DNA of 64,000 bases from Candidatus Woesearchaeota archaeon (GCA_016188115.1 JACPIK010000002.1:1064077-1128076), one strand, 5' to 3'; numbered from the stretch's first letter, positions 19,169-29,166 are shown. Notes: generated by a model from the sequence alone, not told the origin. Program-made: numbers and translations.

Positions 19169-21447
19169 TTCTTCCCAACCTTCTTCTCTGCCTCAGCCAC
19201 AACATTGCGAATCAATCCCACGGCATCAGCGTTGGCACTAATCGACGTAATACCATTGCGTACCAAGAACTCTGCCATCACTGGTTTGGATCCTGCTTGT
19301 CCACAAATTGATGTTTCTACTTTATATCTCTTACAAGTTTCCAAAACTTTGCCGATTTCGCCAACCACTGCAGGATGCATTTCATCAAACAATTTAGCAA
19401 TTCTCTCATTGTTACGATCAATTCCCAGAGTCAACTGGGTCAAATCATTTGTCCCAAAGGAAACGAAACTAATTCCCTCTTTACAAATGTCCTCAATGAC
19501 CCAACAAGCAGCAGGAGTTTCAACCATGATGCCAAAAGGAATTTGTTTACACGGTTCAAGACCAACTTTACGTAATAATGCTTTGGCTTGTGCGACTTCA
19601 TTCGCGCGAATCACAAAAGGAATCATGATACCAACATTACGCACACCTTTGTCATAGAGATCTTTGAATGCTTGTAATTCTGCTTGTAAGATGGCTGGCT
19701 CATCGAGTTGTCGACGCACACCATGCCAACCAATCATCGGATCAGTCTCTTTTGGTTCTTTATCTCCCCCTTTAAGATTACGATACTCATCAGAACGCAT
19801 ATCAGACGTTCGCACCCAAATGGGTCGTGGAGCAAATGCAGCAGCAATTTTTCCAATCCCCGTCACCAATAATTTGGTATAATCCTTGGCTTTCCCAGTA
19901 CGAATATACTCTGCAGGATGAATCCCTCCTTGGGCGATCATAATTTCCGAACGAACTAATCCTACACCATCAGCGCCGGTAGCAGCTGCTTTAACAGCAA
20001 AGCTGGGCAAATCAACGATCACTTTAACTTTTGTTTTAGTCTTAAGATTTGACGTAGCAAATACTCCTGCTGAACCTTCAACTGTAACATTCCCCTTGTA
20101 AATAAATCCATTAAATGCATCTACTGTAATCAGTTGACCATCTTTAATTACTTTAGTTGCTTTTTCTGTTCCGACTAAACAGGGTGTTCCCATTTCACGA
20201 GAAACAATTGCAGCATGGCAGGTCATACCGCCTTCATCGGTAACGATGGCGCCAGCACGTTCCATTGCCGGAACCATGTCAGGAGTAGTCATGGTGGTGA
20301 CGAGAATATCTCCCTTGAGAACTTTGTTAAGTTCTTTAGGTGAGAAAATGACGCGTGCCGTACCACTGTATGTTCCTTTCGAAGCAATTTCCCCATTGAG
20401 TAAAGCAGGTGCTTGTGCTTTACCACTTTTAGTAGTTCCTTCGTCTTTCTTGAAGGTGGTTACTGCGCGAGCTTGAACGATATAGACTTTACCATTCTCA
20501 ACTGCCCATTCAATATCTTGAGGATGCTTGTAATGATTTTCAATACGTTGGCCAAGACGAGCTAATTCGGCAATATTGGCGTCAGAAATTTTTTGCAGAC
20601 CTTGTAGATTTATCTCGATCTTTCGTCTTATATTTCCTCCTTTAGCAGTACGAAACATGCCGATTTCTTGTTTTCGAACTTCTTTCTGAATGCATTTTCC
20701 TGTTTTCTTATCAGTGATATACATATCTGGTGTAACTTCACCCCCGACAATCATTTCTCCTAAGCCATAGATTGCTTCAATAACAATTTTGGTATCATCG
20801 TTGGTTGATGGGTTAACAGTAAACATAATACCTGCCTGATCAGAATTAACCATCTTTTGTATGATCGCGGAAATCAGAACACTACTGTGATCAAAATGGT
20901 TTCGAGTACGATAATAAATAGCTCTGGCAGTGAACAAAGACGCCCAACAATCCAATACTGCTTTGACTACCTGTTCTTTTCCTCGAACATTAAGAAATGT
21001 TGCTTGCTGTCCGGCGAATGATGCTGAAGGAAGATCTTCAGCAGTAGCAGAACTTCTCACCGCAACAAAAACACCGTCTTTACTCTTCTCTTGCTTGTTA
21101 AGAAGTTCATAATTATTCATGATCTCTTGTGCCATATCTTTGGGCATCGGCGTTGAAGAAATGAGGTCCTGAATTTGCTGAGCGCGTTTTTGAAGTTCTT
21201 TAGTATCATCTACGTTAAGATTTTTGAGAAGTGTTGTGATTTTTTTGTCAAGTCCTGTCTTTTTAATAAAGAGTTCATAGGTTTGTGCAGTAACCGCAAA
21301 TCCACCAGGAACAGGCAGGCCAATATTATACATAATTCCTAAATTAAGACCTTTGCCACCAGTAGAACCTAAATCATTAGGAGTAATATCTTTAAACCAC
21401 TTCACGTACGACATAAACAACACCTCTTTTGATTGATTTACGCCCAT
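19165..21447 (-). CDS. ppsA: Phosphoenolpyruvate synthase (pyruvate, water dikinase)
   Basis: 760 aa; 'GGMTCHAAIVSREMGTPCLVG' phospho-His domain; PEP-utilising TIM-barrel C-terminus. Confidence 0.95.
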   Translation of the reverse strand: MGVNQSKEVLFMSYVKWFKDITPNDLGSTGGKGLNLGIMYNIGLPVPGGFAVTAQTYELFIKKTGLDKKITTLLKNLNVDDTKELQKRAQQIQDLISSTPMPKDMAQEIMNNYELLNKQEKSKDGVFVAVRSSATAEDLPSASFAGQQATFLNVRGKEQVVKAVLDCWASLFTARAIYYRTRNHFDHSSVLISAIIQKMVNSDQAGIMFTVNPSTNDDTKIVIEAIYGLGEMIVGGEVTPDMYITDKKTGKCIQKEVRKQEIGMFRTAKGGNIRRKIEINLQGLQKISDANIAELARLGQRIENHYKHPQDIEWAVENGKVYIVQARAVTTFKKDEGTTKSGKAQAPALLNGEIASKGTYSGTARVIFSPKELNKVLKGDILVTTMTTPDMVPAMERAGAIVTDEGGMTCHAAIVSREMGTPCLVGTEKATKVIKDGQLITVDAFNGFIYKGNVTVEGSAGVFATSNLKTKTKVKVIVDLPSFAVKAAATGADGVGLVRSEIMIAQGGIHPAEYIRTGKAKDYTKLLVTGIGKIAAAFAPRPIWVRTSDMRSDEYRNLKGGDKEPKETDPMIGWHGVRRQLDEPAILQAELQAFKDLYDKGVRNVGIMIPFVIRANEVAQAKALLRKVGLEPCKQIPFGIMVETPAACWVIEDICKEGISFVSFGTNDLTQLTLGIDRNNERIAKLFDEMHPAVVGEIGKVLETCKRYKVETSICGQAGSKPVMAEFLVRNGITSISANADAVGLIRNVVAEAEKKVGKK

Positions 21448-21489
21448 AAAGTTTATTAAGATTGCTAAAGATTAAAGGACTACTTCTAA

Positions 21490-22191
21490 GTGAGAATGAA
21501 TATGTTTGATCAGATTGTACATTTACCTGAATTTAGAAACCGTTGGAATGTTTATAACACGGCAGTACCCTGGAGACGTGAGAAAAAGGTTCATGGTGAG
21601 TTTATTGGCACGAAATGCACCTATCATGCTGCTGATAATTCTTATTTTAAAGCTGCGATTTCTGTCTGTTTGGAGCAGATTGGTTCTTCTGGCTCTTTTC
21701 TTGATTTAGGTTCGGGCGATGCGTCGTTTAATATTGAAGTTGGGGCTTTAGGATGGCAGTCATACGGTATTGAGATTTGCGATGCAGCATATGAAGTAGG
21801 ATGTCGAAATCTTACAATTGCTGAGAAGAGAGGAGATGTTAAGGTCGGGCTAGTTCATCTTGCGCGTGGCAATTTCTTTCCCAAGGATTTTCCGGTGACC
21901 AGAGCCGAAGGAGAGGAGGATCGTTTTCGTCAACCGATAGAAGAACATTTGTGTCGATCTTACGAAAGCGACCCATATCACAATTTAGGTTTAGATTTGG
22001 GCGATGTTGATGTTTTTCATCATTATCAAGTTGAGCGAAATCAAAATATGTTGGATTTTTTCTCTCGATATGCACACCGAGGCGCGTATTTTTTTCTTAC
22101 ACAATCGGCTGGTGATAGTTATGTGGTTCCTGCTGATGTTAAAGAGTTATCTCGTTTAGCAGAAACGCTGTTTTTGTATCAGAAAACTTGA
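21490..22191 (+). CDS. Class I SAM-dependent methyltransferase
   Basis: Motif I 'FLDLGSGDASFNIEVGALGW'. Confidence 0.6.
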   Translation: MRMNMFDQIVHLPEFRNRWNVYNTAVPWRREKKVHGEFIGTKCTYHAADNSYFKAAISVCLEQIGSSGSFLDLGSGDASFNIEVGALGWQSYGIEICDAAYEVGCRNLTIAEKRGDVKVGLVHLARGNFFPKDFPVTRAEGEEDRFRQPIEEHLCRSYESDPYHNLGLDLGDVDVFHHYQVERNQNMLDFFSRYAHRGAYFFLTQSAGDSYVVPADVKELSRLAETLFLYQKT

Positions 22192-22192
22192 A

Positions 22193-22615
22193 CTAGAGCT
22201 TTTCTACAAGCTCTCTCATTCGCTTATTGAATCTTTCTGCTATTTTTAAATTGTGTTCTGCAATCTCTTTGGAATATGTGTATTGATAATCAGCACTCTC
22301 TCGACTATCAATGGCAGCATGAAACGAGGTAGTAAACTCTCTTTCTAATTTTCCTTGCTTATTTAGATCTTGAAGAAGAATAAGTAAAGCAATATGTTTC
22401 TTTTCTCTGTATCCACAGGCAAAACAGACTGCTTTTGCAGCGTGGAACACGGAGTAATAACAAGTCACTATCGTCCATTTGTAATCTTTGTCTTGAAATA
22501 ATTTTTGTGCTCTGGTAAAATCATGTTCACTTTCTTGGAATTCTTTTTGGATCAGAGCATTATCTCTAGATTCTAGAACAAGATATCCATTGTCAATACA
22601 CTCTTTGAGGTTCAT
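22193..22615 (-). CDS. HEPN domain protein (toxin-like)
   Basis: All-alpha 140 aa, 'IDSRESADYQYTY' R-x3-DY HEPN-type motif, paired with the MNT gene. Confidence 0.65.
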   Translation of the reverse strand: MNLKECIDNGYLVLESRDNALIQKEFQESEHDFTRAQKLFQDKDYKWTIVTCYYSVFHAAKAVCFACGYREKKHIALLILLQDLNKQGKLEREFTTSFHAAIDSRESADYQYTYSKEIAEHNLKIAERFNKRMRELVEKL

Positions 22616-23163
22616 TGTAACGCGATTTTGTCTTTCTCTACACGTTCATAGAATGGTTTGTCTTTAGTGGCAAGGGTTGACCATTCTAATGGGGTAAAGA
22701 TTTGGAGCTGGATTTTTTTCATATTTTTGGGTTTACGTTTTTCAATTTCTGTAAGTAATTCTTCCTTTTTTATTTTACCGATAATAAGAATGTCTAGGTC
22801 GCTGTTTTCATGGTCTTCCCCACGCGCAGCACTGCCAAAAAGATATGATTCTACATTGTGTTTTTGAGAGATAGTTGCGAAGAAGTTTAAGGAGGAGAGG
22901 GTGTTGAGAATTTTGAACTGTTTTAAGAAAATACTCTCTTTGTTCGCTTTGTAGAGCTTGGTGGTGCCTATTTTTTTGACGTTAATGAGTTTCTCTTTCT
23001 CTAACACTGCCAGCCATTTTGTCAACGTTGCTTTTGCTAAACTTATTTCATTTTTGAGTTGAGTATAGGATAACTCCGTATTGGGATATTGTGCGAAGAA
23101 TAGAAGAAGATTTAGGGCAGGCTTATTCCCCAGCAGGCTACTTAATGTGTTGTTTTGTTTCAA
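22612..23163 (-). CDS. Minimal nucleotidyltransferase (MNT) with N-terminal wHTH; antitoxin-like partner of HEPN
   Basis: 'SYLFGSAARGEDHENSDLDILIIG' (GSx9-13SDxD), 4-nt overlap with the downstream HEPN gene. Confidence 0.75.
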   Translation of the reverse strand: MKQNNTLSSLLGNKPALNLLLFFAQYPNTELSYTQLKNEISLAKATLTKWLAVLEKEKLINVKKIGTTKLYKANKESIFLKQFKILNTLSSLNFFATISQKHNVESYLFGSAARGEDHENSDLDILIIGKIKKEELLTEIEKRKPKNMKKIQLQIFTPLEWSTLATKDKPFYERVEKDKIALQ

Positions 23164-23206
23164 TGAAATAGGACAATTAGTTCAATTATTTAAACCTTTC
23201 TTTGGT

Positions 23207-23773
23207 TTATTTTAGCAAGAACGTCTTTAGTGGTTTGTAGATCGGGCCTTTGGGTGTTAACGTGCTTTCAATAAGATGTATCTCTTTAATTTCCATTGTG
23301 CCAAAGTCGGCGTTCCTATGTTGAAGAATAAATTGGATTAGTTCCGGTGTTGTTTTTTTGATACGAGCAATCGTACAATGAGGAGTTGCGTCTGCATGTT
23401 CCGAGGGTCGGATGTTACTAAGGGCACTGAGTGTATCTTTCATGAGTGTTCTGAGCTGTTCTGCTTTACTACCAATCCAGACTATTTTGGGATCATTTGC
23501 TGTGGGAAAAGCGTTTACTTCTTGTACAGAACAGGAAAATGAATAATATTTCTGGGCAATATTATTAAGAGTATTTTCTATCTCTCCTATTTTAGATTCT
23601 TCCACTTCACCTAAGAAAATAAGAGTGAAATGAAGATTTCTTTCATCCACTAAAGAAAAAGAAGCAGCAGTTTGCACAAGTGAAGGATAAAGAGACAGAA
23701 TCTGTGTCTTGACCTCTTGTGCAACTGGAATGCCCACAAAAAGACGTTTCATTGTTGAAATAGATCTTCTCAA
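23207..23773 (-). CDS. 2'-5' RNA ligase / 2H phosphoesterase (LigT/ThpR)
   Basis: Two H-x-T/S-x motifs: 'LHFTLIFLGEV' and 'PHCTIARIK'. Confidence 0.75.
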   Translation of the reverse strand: MRRSISTMKRLFVGIPVAQEVKTQILSLYPSLVQTAASFSLVDERNLHFTLIFLGEVEESKIGEIENTLNNIAQKYYSFSCSVQEVNAFPTANDPKIVWIGSKAEQLRTLMKDTLSALSNIRPSEHADATPHCTIARIKKTTPELIQFILQHRNADFGTMEIKEIHLIESTLTPKGPIYKPLKTFLLK

Positions 23774-24090
23774 AAATCTTCCGTATCTTCGTAATGAGTT
23801 TCTTCTTCCTGACTTTTCATGTCACGCAATTCACGCTCGGTAACATTGGCATACTTTGAACTGCGAGGTTGAAAGTTTGCTGGTTTTTCAAGTTTCTCAA
23901 CAACTTCTGCAAAACCTACTTTAGGCAAAACTTTAGTAATTCGAATTTTAACGTAATCTCCTTTGGCTACACCAGGAACGAATAAAACAAATCCTCGCAC
24001 GCGAGCAATTCCGTCTCCTTTTTCTCCAACGGCGTTGATTAATACTTCATGTTGTTCTCCCACTTTCACGGGAGCACTCTGATCTTCCAT
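23770..24090 (-). CDS. TRAM-domain protein
   Basis: 'EVLINAVGEKGDGIARVRGFVLFVPGVAKGDYVKIRITKVLPKVGFAEVV' TRAM beta-barrel; acidic tail. Confidence 0.7.
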   Translation of the reverse strand: MEDQSAPVKVGEQHEVLINAVGEKGDGIARVRGFVLFVPGVAKGDYVKIRITKVLPKVGFAEVVEKLEKPANFQPRSSKYANVTERELRDMKSQEEETHYEDTEDF

Positions 24091-24171
24091 AGATAATTAC
24101 CTCCAAGTAATTCTAGATCCTAAAAGTGGGGTTGGTATAAAAAGATATGGAAAAATAAACGAAAAATGCAT

Positions 24172-24783
24172 TTAGAAGTCTTTTCTAAGAACTACAAGTG
24201 GTGTATACTCGTTAGGTCCTTTCATCGGTTCGGCGAGATCTAATCCTGCACCTACAGTATAGGTTCCATCAAAGCGTGGTCCAAGACGCAGACGCTGGAT
24301 ACTGCCTAAATGTCCTTCCTCGCCGATGTTAGTGATATTTTCTACACTAAGAAAAGTAGGAATACCTGCAATGGTCGGAGTATAGGTTGCCACAGCTTGA
24401 AAGAATCCATGGGGCTGTTCCCAGTGAGAGGTTTCATTTGCTTCAGCAAGGAAGAGAAGTTTTAGATCATCGACTTTTAACACACACTTTAATCCTACTC
24501 CATAACGCACTTCTTTGTTGAGTTGTGCATCGATTTGGATGTCAAGACAGCCAGCAACATTATAGAAAAGACGTGGCACAACAACAACTGCTGCTTTCTC
24601 ATCTTCAATGGTGGCACGAGTGCGAACTGAATAAGCAGTGAATGGTGCTGGTCCTGCGACGAGCACATCAACAGTTTGAAGTTGATCGTTACCTGTTAAT
24701 TCAATTGTTCCTTGTTCTGCTGCGGCAAGTGCAGGTAGTGCTGTTAGTGCGATCGCACATAATGTTTGTCGGGTGTGGTCCAT
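24172..24783 (-). CDS. Secreted beta-rich hypothetical protein (Ala-rich signal peptide, C-terminal Phe)
   Basis: 'MDHTRQTLCAIALTALPALAAAEQG' signal, alternating hydrophobic beta pattern, ends '...LRKDF'. Locally higher GC than neighbours. Confidence 0.4.
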   Translation of the reverse strand: MDHTRQTLCAIALTALPALAAAEQGTIELTGNDQLQTVDVLVAGPAPFTAYSVRTRATIEDEKAAVVVVPRLFYNVAGCLDIQIDAQLNKEVRYGVGLKCVLKVDDLKLLFLAEANETSHWEQPHGFFQAVATYTPTIAGIPTFLSVENITNIGEEGHLGSIQRLRLGPRFDGTYTVGAGLDLAEPMKGPNEYTPLVVLRKDF

Positions 24784-24871
24784 AGTATTTCCTCAAATAG
24801 TATTAACTTAATAGTACTCAATTTTTCACATAACTCTTATAAAGAATGCCTACCCCAAAGGGGGGAGTAGA

Positions 24872-26452
24872 ATGGTTAATCTGGCGTTACTAGAAGAAAT
24901 TGGACTCACAAAAGCGGAAGCAAAAGTATATCTAGCTCTCTTAGAGTTAGGTTCTTGTTCAACAGGAAAGATTGTGGAGAAGTCAAAAGCATCATCGTCT
25001 AAGATTTACGAAATTCTGGAGAAATTGATGCAGAAAGGATTAGTGAGTTTTGTCGTCAAATCGGGAGTAAAATATTTTGAAGCTGCACCACCACGACGTA
25101 TTTTGGATTATATGGGGGAGAAAAAGAAAGAACTTGAAGAGAAGACAAGGGATGTTCAAAAGATGCTTCCAGAGCTTGAACTGGCTCAAAAACTGTCTAA
25201 ACATAAATCCGAAGCCACTATCTTTAAAGGTCTCAAAGGTGTTCAGACTGCCTATGAAGATATTCTTAAAACGCTTAAAGCAGGAGATGAATATTATGTT
25301 GTGGGTGGGATGAATCCCCATAAAGCCTATTTTTCATTTGTTGAGCAGTTTCAACGACGCCGTGCCGCGAGAGGTATCAAAGTTAAATTATTGTATTCAG
25401 AGCCGGCGAAGAGTTTGGCCCAAGCAATTGAGAAACTTCCTAAGACAGAGATTAAATTTACTCCAAATCAGTTTTTGTTTTCTTGTTTTGTGTTGATGTA
25501 TAAAACTAAAACATTGATCGTTGTTGCTGCCAAAGAAGACTTGACTCTATTTCAAATCGATAACAAAGATGTAACTGATTCGTTTATTGCGCAGTTTGAG
25601 TTGTTGTGGAATCAAGATGCCCAATCATACAAAGGATTTGATGCTACCGTTGCCCAGTTTGAGAATATGATCTCTGAACTTCGAGCTGGTGAGGAATACT
25701 GCGTCTTGGGCGCATCACTTCATTTAGGCGGCGAGAGATTAAAAAAATGGTTAGTCGATTTTCATCAAAGACGAATTGAGAAAGGGGTGAAAGCGAAATT
25801 ATTATCTACCGTGGAGTCACGCGATGGGATTATCCAGAATGTTCGTAACGCTGGCGATCCAAATTTTCATCTTTCTCAAGTCCGTACACTTGCTCCGGGC
25901 ATGAATGCGCCGTTTCAGGTTAATCTCTTTCGCAATAAAGTGGTGATTACTCTTTGGGATGAGATGCGCTGTTTTGTCATAGAATCACAAAAGCTTAAAG
26001 ATAATTTTCAAAACTATTTCGAGACCCTATGGAATCAAAAAATTCGTACGTTCGAAGGCATTGAACAAACCACATCGTTCTTCACAAACATTCTCAACGA
26101 CCTCCAAGCTGGAGAAGAATATTTTGTTCTTAACGGAAACTATGGAAAAAATAAGAAACTAGGTGAATTTTTCAAATCATACCACCAGCAGCGTCATAAG
26201 AAAGGCATCAAAGCAAATCTTTTGTTTAATCAGAATGTTAAATCAATTGCAAAGGATCTTGCTCTATCTCCTTGTGAAGTCAAGTTTCTTCCTCCAGAAT
26301 TTCAATCACCATTGCAAGTTACATTCTACAAAAATAAACTCTATATCTCTATCTGGTCAGAGAATCCTATTGGTTTTCTTATTGAACAGAAAGGTATGGT
26401 CGAAGCGTTTAAAGCCTATTTTGATTTACTTTGGAATCAAAAAGGAAAATAA
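24872..26452 (+). CDS. TrmB-family transcriptional regulator with triplicated C-terminal domain
   Basis: N-terminal wHTH 'KAEAKVYLALLELGSCSTGKIVEKSKASSSKIYEILEKL', then three ~130-aa repeats each with 'L(K/R/Q)AGxEY' and ending 'LWNQ'. Confidence 0.65.
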   Translation: MVNLALLEEIGLTKAEAKVYLALLELGSCSTGKIVEKSKASSSKIYEILEKLMQKGLVSFVVKSGVKYFEAAPPRRILDYMGEKKKELEEKTRDVQKMLPELELAQKLSKHKSEATIFKGLKGVQTAYEDILKTLKAGDEYYVVGGMNPHKAYFSFVEQFQRRRAARGIKVKLLYSEPAKSLAQAIEKLPKTEIKFTPNQFLFSCFVLMYKTKTLIVVAAKEDLTLFQIDNKDVTDSFIAQFELLWNQDAQSYKGFDATVAQFENMISELRAGEEYCVLGASLHLGGERLKKWLVDFHQRRIEKGVKAKLLSTVESRDGIIQNVRNAGDPNFHLSQVRTLAPGMNAPFQVNLFRNKVVITLWDEMRCFVIESQKLKDNFQNYFETLWNQKIRTFEGIEQTTSFFTNILNDLQAGEEYFVLNGNYGKNKKLGEFFKSYHQQRHKKGIKANLLFNQNVKSIAKDLALSPCEVKFLPPEFQSPLQVTFYKNKLYISIWSENPIGFLIEQKGMVEAFKAYFDLLWNQKGK

Positions 26453-26476
26453 AGAAATAAAGTAAGAAAAAAGATT

Positions 26477-27490
26477 CTAAACCGTATCTTTTAATCCGCC
26501 TTCAGTTACTTCGAAGCCGCATTCTCCATCAGCAAGGTTGGGTGCGTCAATGAGTTTTGCAACGCGTGTTCCTTTCTTGCCTTTTCTCAAATATACCCGA
26601 AACGTACTGGCATGTCCCACGATGTGTCCGCCAATGGAAGTCGTAGGGTCACCAAAGAATTGATCTGGTTTCGCCATGACTTGGTTGGTAACGTAGACAC
26701 AGATGTTGTAGCTTGAGGCAACTTTGGCAAGTTGATGCATGTGGCGGTTGAGCTTTTGCTGACGTTCAGCAAGAGTTCCACGTCCAATAAATTCAGCTCG
26801 GAAGTGCGCAGTAAGAGAATCAACAACCACAAGCTTCACTTTCTTCTTCTGCTCGTTTATCAAACTCTCAATTTTTTCTGCCAAGAGCATTTGATGATCA
26901 GAGTTGTAAGCTCGAGCTACCATAATCCGATTAAGTGCATCTTCAGGACTAATACCTGCTCCAAGCGCAAACTGTTTGATACGTTCAGGACGAAAGGTGT
27001 TTTCAGTATCAAGATAGACTACATACGCATCAGGATCTTCTTTAAGGGTGTTAACACTTAAAACGTGCCCAACTTGCGTTTTCCCGCTGCCAAACTCACC
27101 AAAACATTCCGTGATAGCACCGGTTTCAAATCCGCCACCCATGAGTTCATCAAATGCACGCACACCAGTTGAAATTTTGTTGATGAGTCCACGTTTTTTG
27201 AGTACTTCAGTTCCTGTCTCAAAACCCATTTTCATGCTGTCACGTGCAGCATTGATCATTTTTCTCGCAACTGCTTCTGAGACGCCTGCTGCTTCACTTA
27301 ATTCACCAAGTGTGGCAACAGCAATTGACATCATGTCACGATATCCTGCGGATTCGAGTTTTTCAGCGGTGGCTGCTCCTACTCCGGGCAGATCATATAA
27401 AGTTAGTTTTTCCATTTTCATCTCTTTTGGTTGTTGAACTGCGGTCTCAAATTCCATCTCTTCTGGTTGGATTAATTTTGCTTTTGCCAT
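26477..27490 (-). CDS. radA: DNA repair and recombination protein RadA
   Basis: HhH N-domain, Walker A 'GEFGSGKTQ', Walker B 'LVVVDSL'. Confidence 0.95.
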   Translation of the reverse strand: MAKAKLIQPEEMEFETAVQQPKEMKMEKLTLYDLPGVGAATAEKLESAGYRDMMSIAVATLGELSEAAGVSEAVARKMINAARDSMKMGFETGTEVLKKRGLINKISTGVRAFDELMGGGFETGAITECFGEFGSGKTQVGHVLSVNTLKEDPDAYVVYLDTENTFRPERIKQFALGAGISPEDALNRIMVARAYNSDHQMLLAEKIESLINEQKKKVKLVVVDSLTAHFRAEFIGRGTLAERQQKLNRHMHQLAKVASSYNICVYVTNQVMAKPDQFFGDPTTSIGGHIVGHASTFRVYLRKGKKGTRVAKLIDAPNLADGECGFEVTEGGLKDTV

Positions 27491-27533
27491 TTTAATACCT
27501 CTTTTTTGATAAACATTTAGTTTGTTAATTTTC

Positions 27534-27938
27534 TTATTGTTCTTGGAGTACGCTATACTCGTAGGCTTTTTGGAGTACGATTAATGCACGTGGTAAGTCA
27601 TTGACACGCATAGAGTTGGTGCTATGCCATTTTCCATCTTTATCAGTGTAATTACGTTCTAAAGAAATGGTATGGTACTCTCCTTCTTCACCGGTCTTGT
27701 TTTGGATTTTATTTGCCCACACCGTTGCGGTAATGGCTCCTGCACGAAACTTCTTTTCAGGAGTGTTGCTTGCGTGCGGTGTCTCTACCATGTTGTTTAC
27801 TGGTAGACCCGTGTTGCTCAATCCTTTTATATCTCGTAATCCCGTTACGGCACTGTTGGTTTTTATTTGTGTGTTCATTTTTTGTTTCCTCTTGCTTTCG
27901 CGTTTTATTTCAACCATCCACTGGATGGCGAGGGTCAA
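27534..27938 (-). CDS. PC4/YdbC-like ssDNA-binding domain protein
   Basis: 'FRAGAITATVWANK...YHTISLERNYTDKDGKWHSTNSMRVNDLPRALIVLQKAYEY' resembles PC4 'DIREYY.DKDGEMKPGKKGISL...W..L'. Confidence 0.45.
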   Translation of the reverse strand: MTLAIQWMVEIKRESKRKQKMNTQIKTNSAVTGLRDIKGLSNTGLPVNNMVETPHASNTPEKKFRAGAITATVWANKIQNKTGEEGEYHTISLERNYTDKDGKWHSTNSMRVNDLPRALIVLQKAYEYSVLQEQ

Positions 27939-28086
27939 GATGAAGTCAATTTTGACCCCATTTTGGCAAACTGGTTCTTGTTTGCAATGTACTATGTAGA
28001 AGAAGGGGTTTATAAACGAATTCCGGACTTGACCAGTGTGTCCAGTGACATTAAATTAAGCTTATTTTAACTAGAATCTATCTCTA

Positions 28087-29166
28087 TTAAGTACGATCTT
28101 TCATAAAGAAAAAACCCGCAACTGTAACCAAAACAATTAGGATCATTGCATAATCTGAAAACTCTGGTGTAATCGGCGGACCGTTCATAGAAGTTACATT
28201 GATAGTAAAGTTGCTGCTGCAGACTGTTGTTCCATCAAATGTATTGTTGCTCGGTGTTGCGCAAAAAGACCACGTATCACCAATGTTGGTTTGTTCTGCA
28301 GTTATTTGGTTGCTGTTGTTGTAGAGGGCATAAATCTGATTTGAGGAGAGGGATTTTTTGAAAAAATAAAATTCATCAAGAACCCCATCAAAAGTATTAG
28401 CACTGCCATGGTATCCACCAATGGTGAGGTTAACATTGTTATTTATTGCTCCAGTTGTTGTCGTTGTTGCTGAAGAATTAAATCGTCCGTTCACCCATAA
28501 AGTAAGGTTAGATCTAGCCCGTTCCCAATTAACAACTACGTGATACCATATCCCTGTGCCAAATGAACTTGTAAGACTATAACTTCCTCCTGACGCATCG
28601 TCTCCCGAAATCCAGACTTGTACGTTTCCTGAGTTTGGTCGCACGAAATAGTCTCCCCCTACTCCAAATTTTCCTATGGCATAACCGTTGCTAAAACTTT
28701 CTGGTTTCATCCAGAAGGCAACGACGATATCTTCGTTTGCTTGGATGTCATAAAGTGAGCTATGATTTATGAGGATTTTATCTGTTTCACTAAATTCAAA
28801 ATCAAATGCGCCACGACTATCATTACCACCTGTAGGAAGATAATCTGGTGATCCAAGTCCTGAGAAATTGTATGATCCATTATGCCCATAAGCATAATCT
28901 CGAATTTTATTTTCTATTCCTGTGGTATTACCATCAAACGGCATGTAGAGAACAGGAAATGATGTGCCATTAAGCAACCAATTAAAAATAACTTTACCGT
29001 TACCAATATTCTGCGCATTTACTGTATTTGTAGTTAAGTTTTCATCTCCCACGTTATTTCCATTTGTAGTATTCACATATACAGAATCAATGGATGGGTC
29101 AGCTATCACTGTGATAGAAAGAAAAGCTAAGGCTAATAGAATTAGTATAACATCTCTTGTCCTCAT
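28087..29166 (-). CDS. Secreted N-glycosylation-sequon-rich LamG/ConA-like surface protein with PEF-CTERM-type anchor
   Basis: Signal 'ILILLALAFLSITVIA'; 'FDGNTTG...WMKPES...WYHVVVNWERARSNLTLWVNG...DGVLDEFYFFKKSLSSNQIYALY' jelly-roll motifs; C-terminus 'TPEFSDYAMILIVLVTVAGFFFMKDRT'. Confidence 0.7.
   Translation of the reverse strand: MRTRDVILILLALAFLSITVIADPSIDSVYVNTTNGNNVGDENLTTNTVNAQNIGNGKVIFNWLLNGTSFPVLYMPFDGNTTGIENKIRDYAYGHNGSYNFSGLGSPDYLPTGGNDSRGAFDFEFSETDKILINHSSLYDIQANEDIVVAFWMKPESFSNGYAIGKFGVGGDYFVRPNSGNVQVWISGDDASGGSYSLTSSFGTGIWYHVVVNWERARSNLTLWVNGRFNSSATTTTTGAINNNVNLTIGGYHGSANTFDGVLDEFYFFKKSLSSNQIYALYNNSNQITAEQTNIGDTWSFCATPSNNTFDGTTVCSSNFTINVTSMNGPPITPEFSDYAMILIVLVTVAGFFFMKDRT

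Noticed and set aside
19130-19657. 175-aa plus-strand ORF, and several other 60-110-aa ORFs antisense to ppsA, radA, pepA, folC and glyA
   Set aside because: Each lies entirely inside a long, motif-validated gene on the opposite strand. All have low-complexity translations and are typical antisense artefacts.
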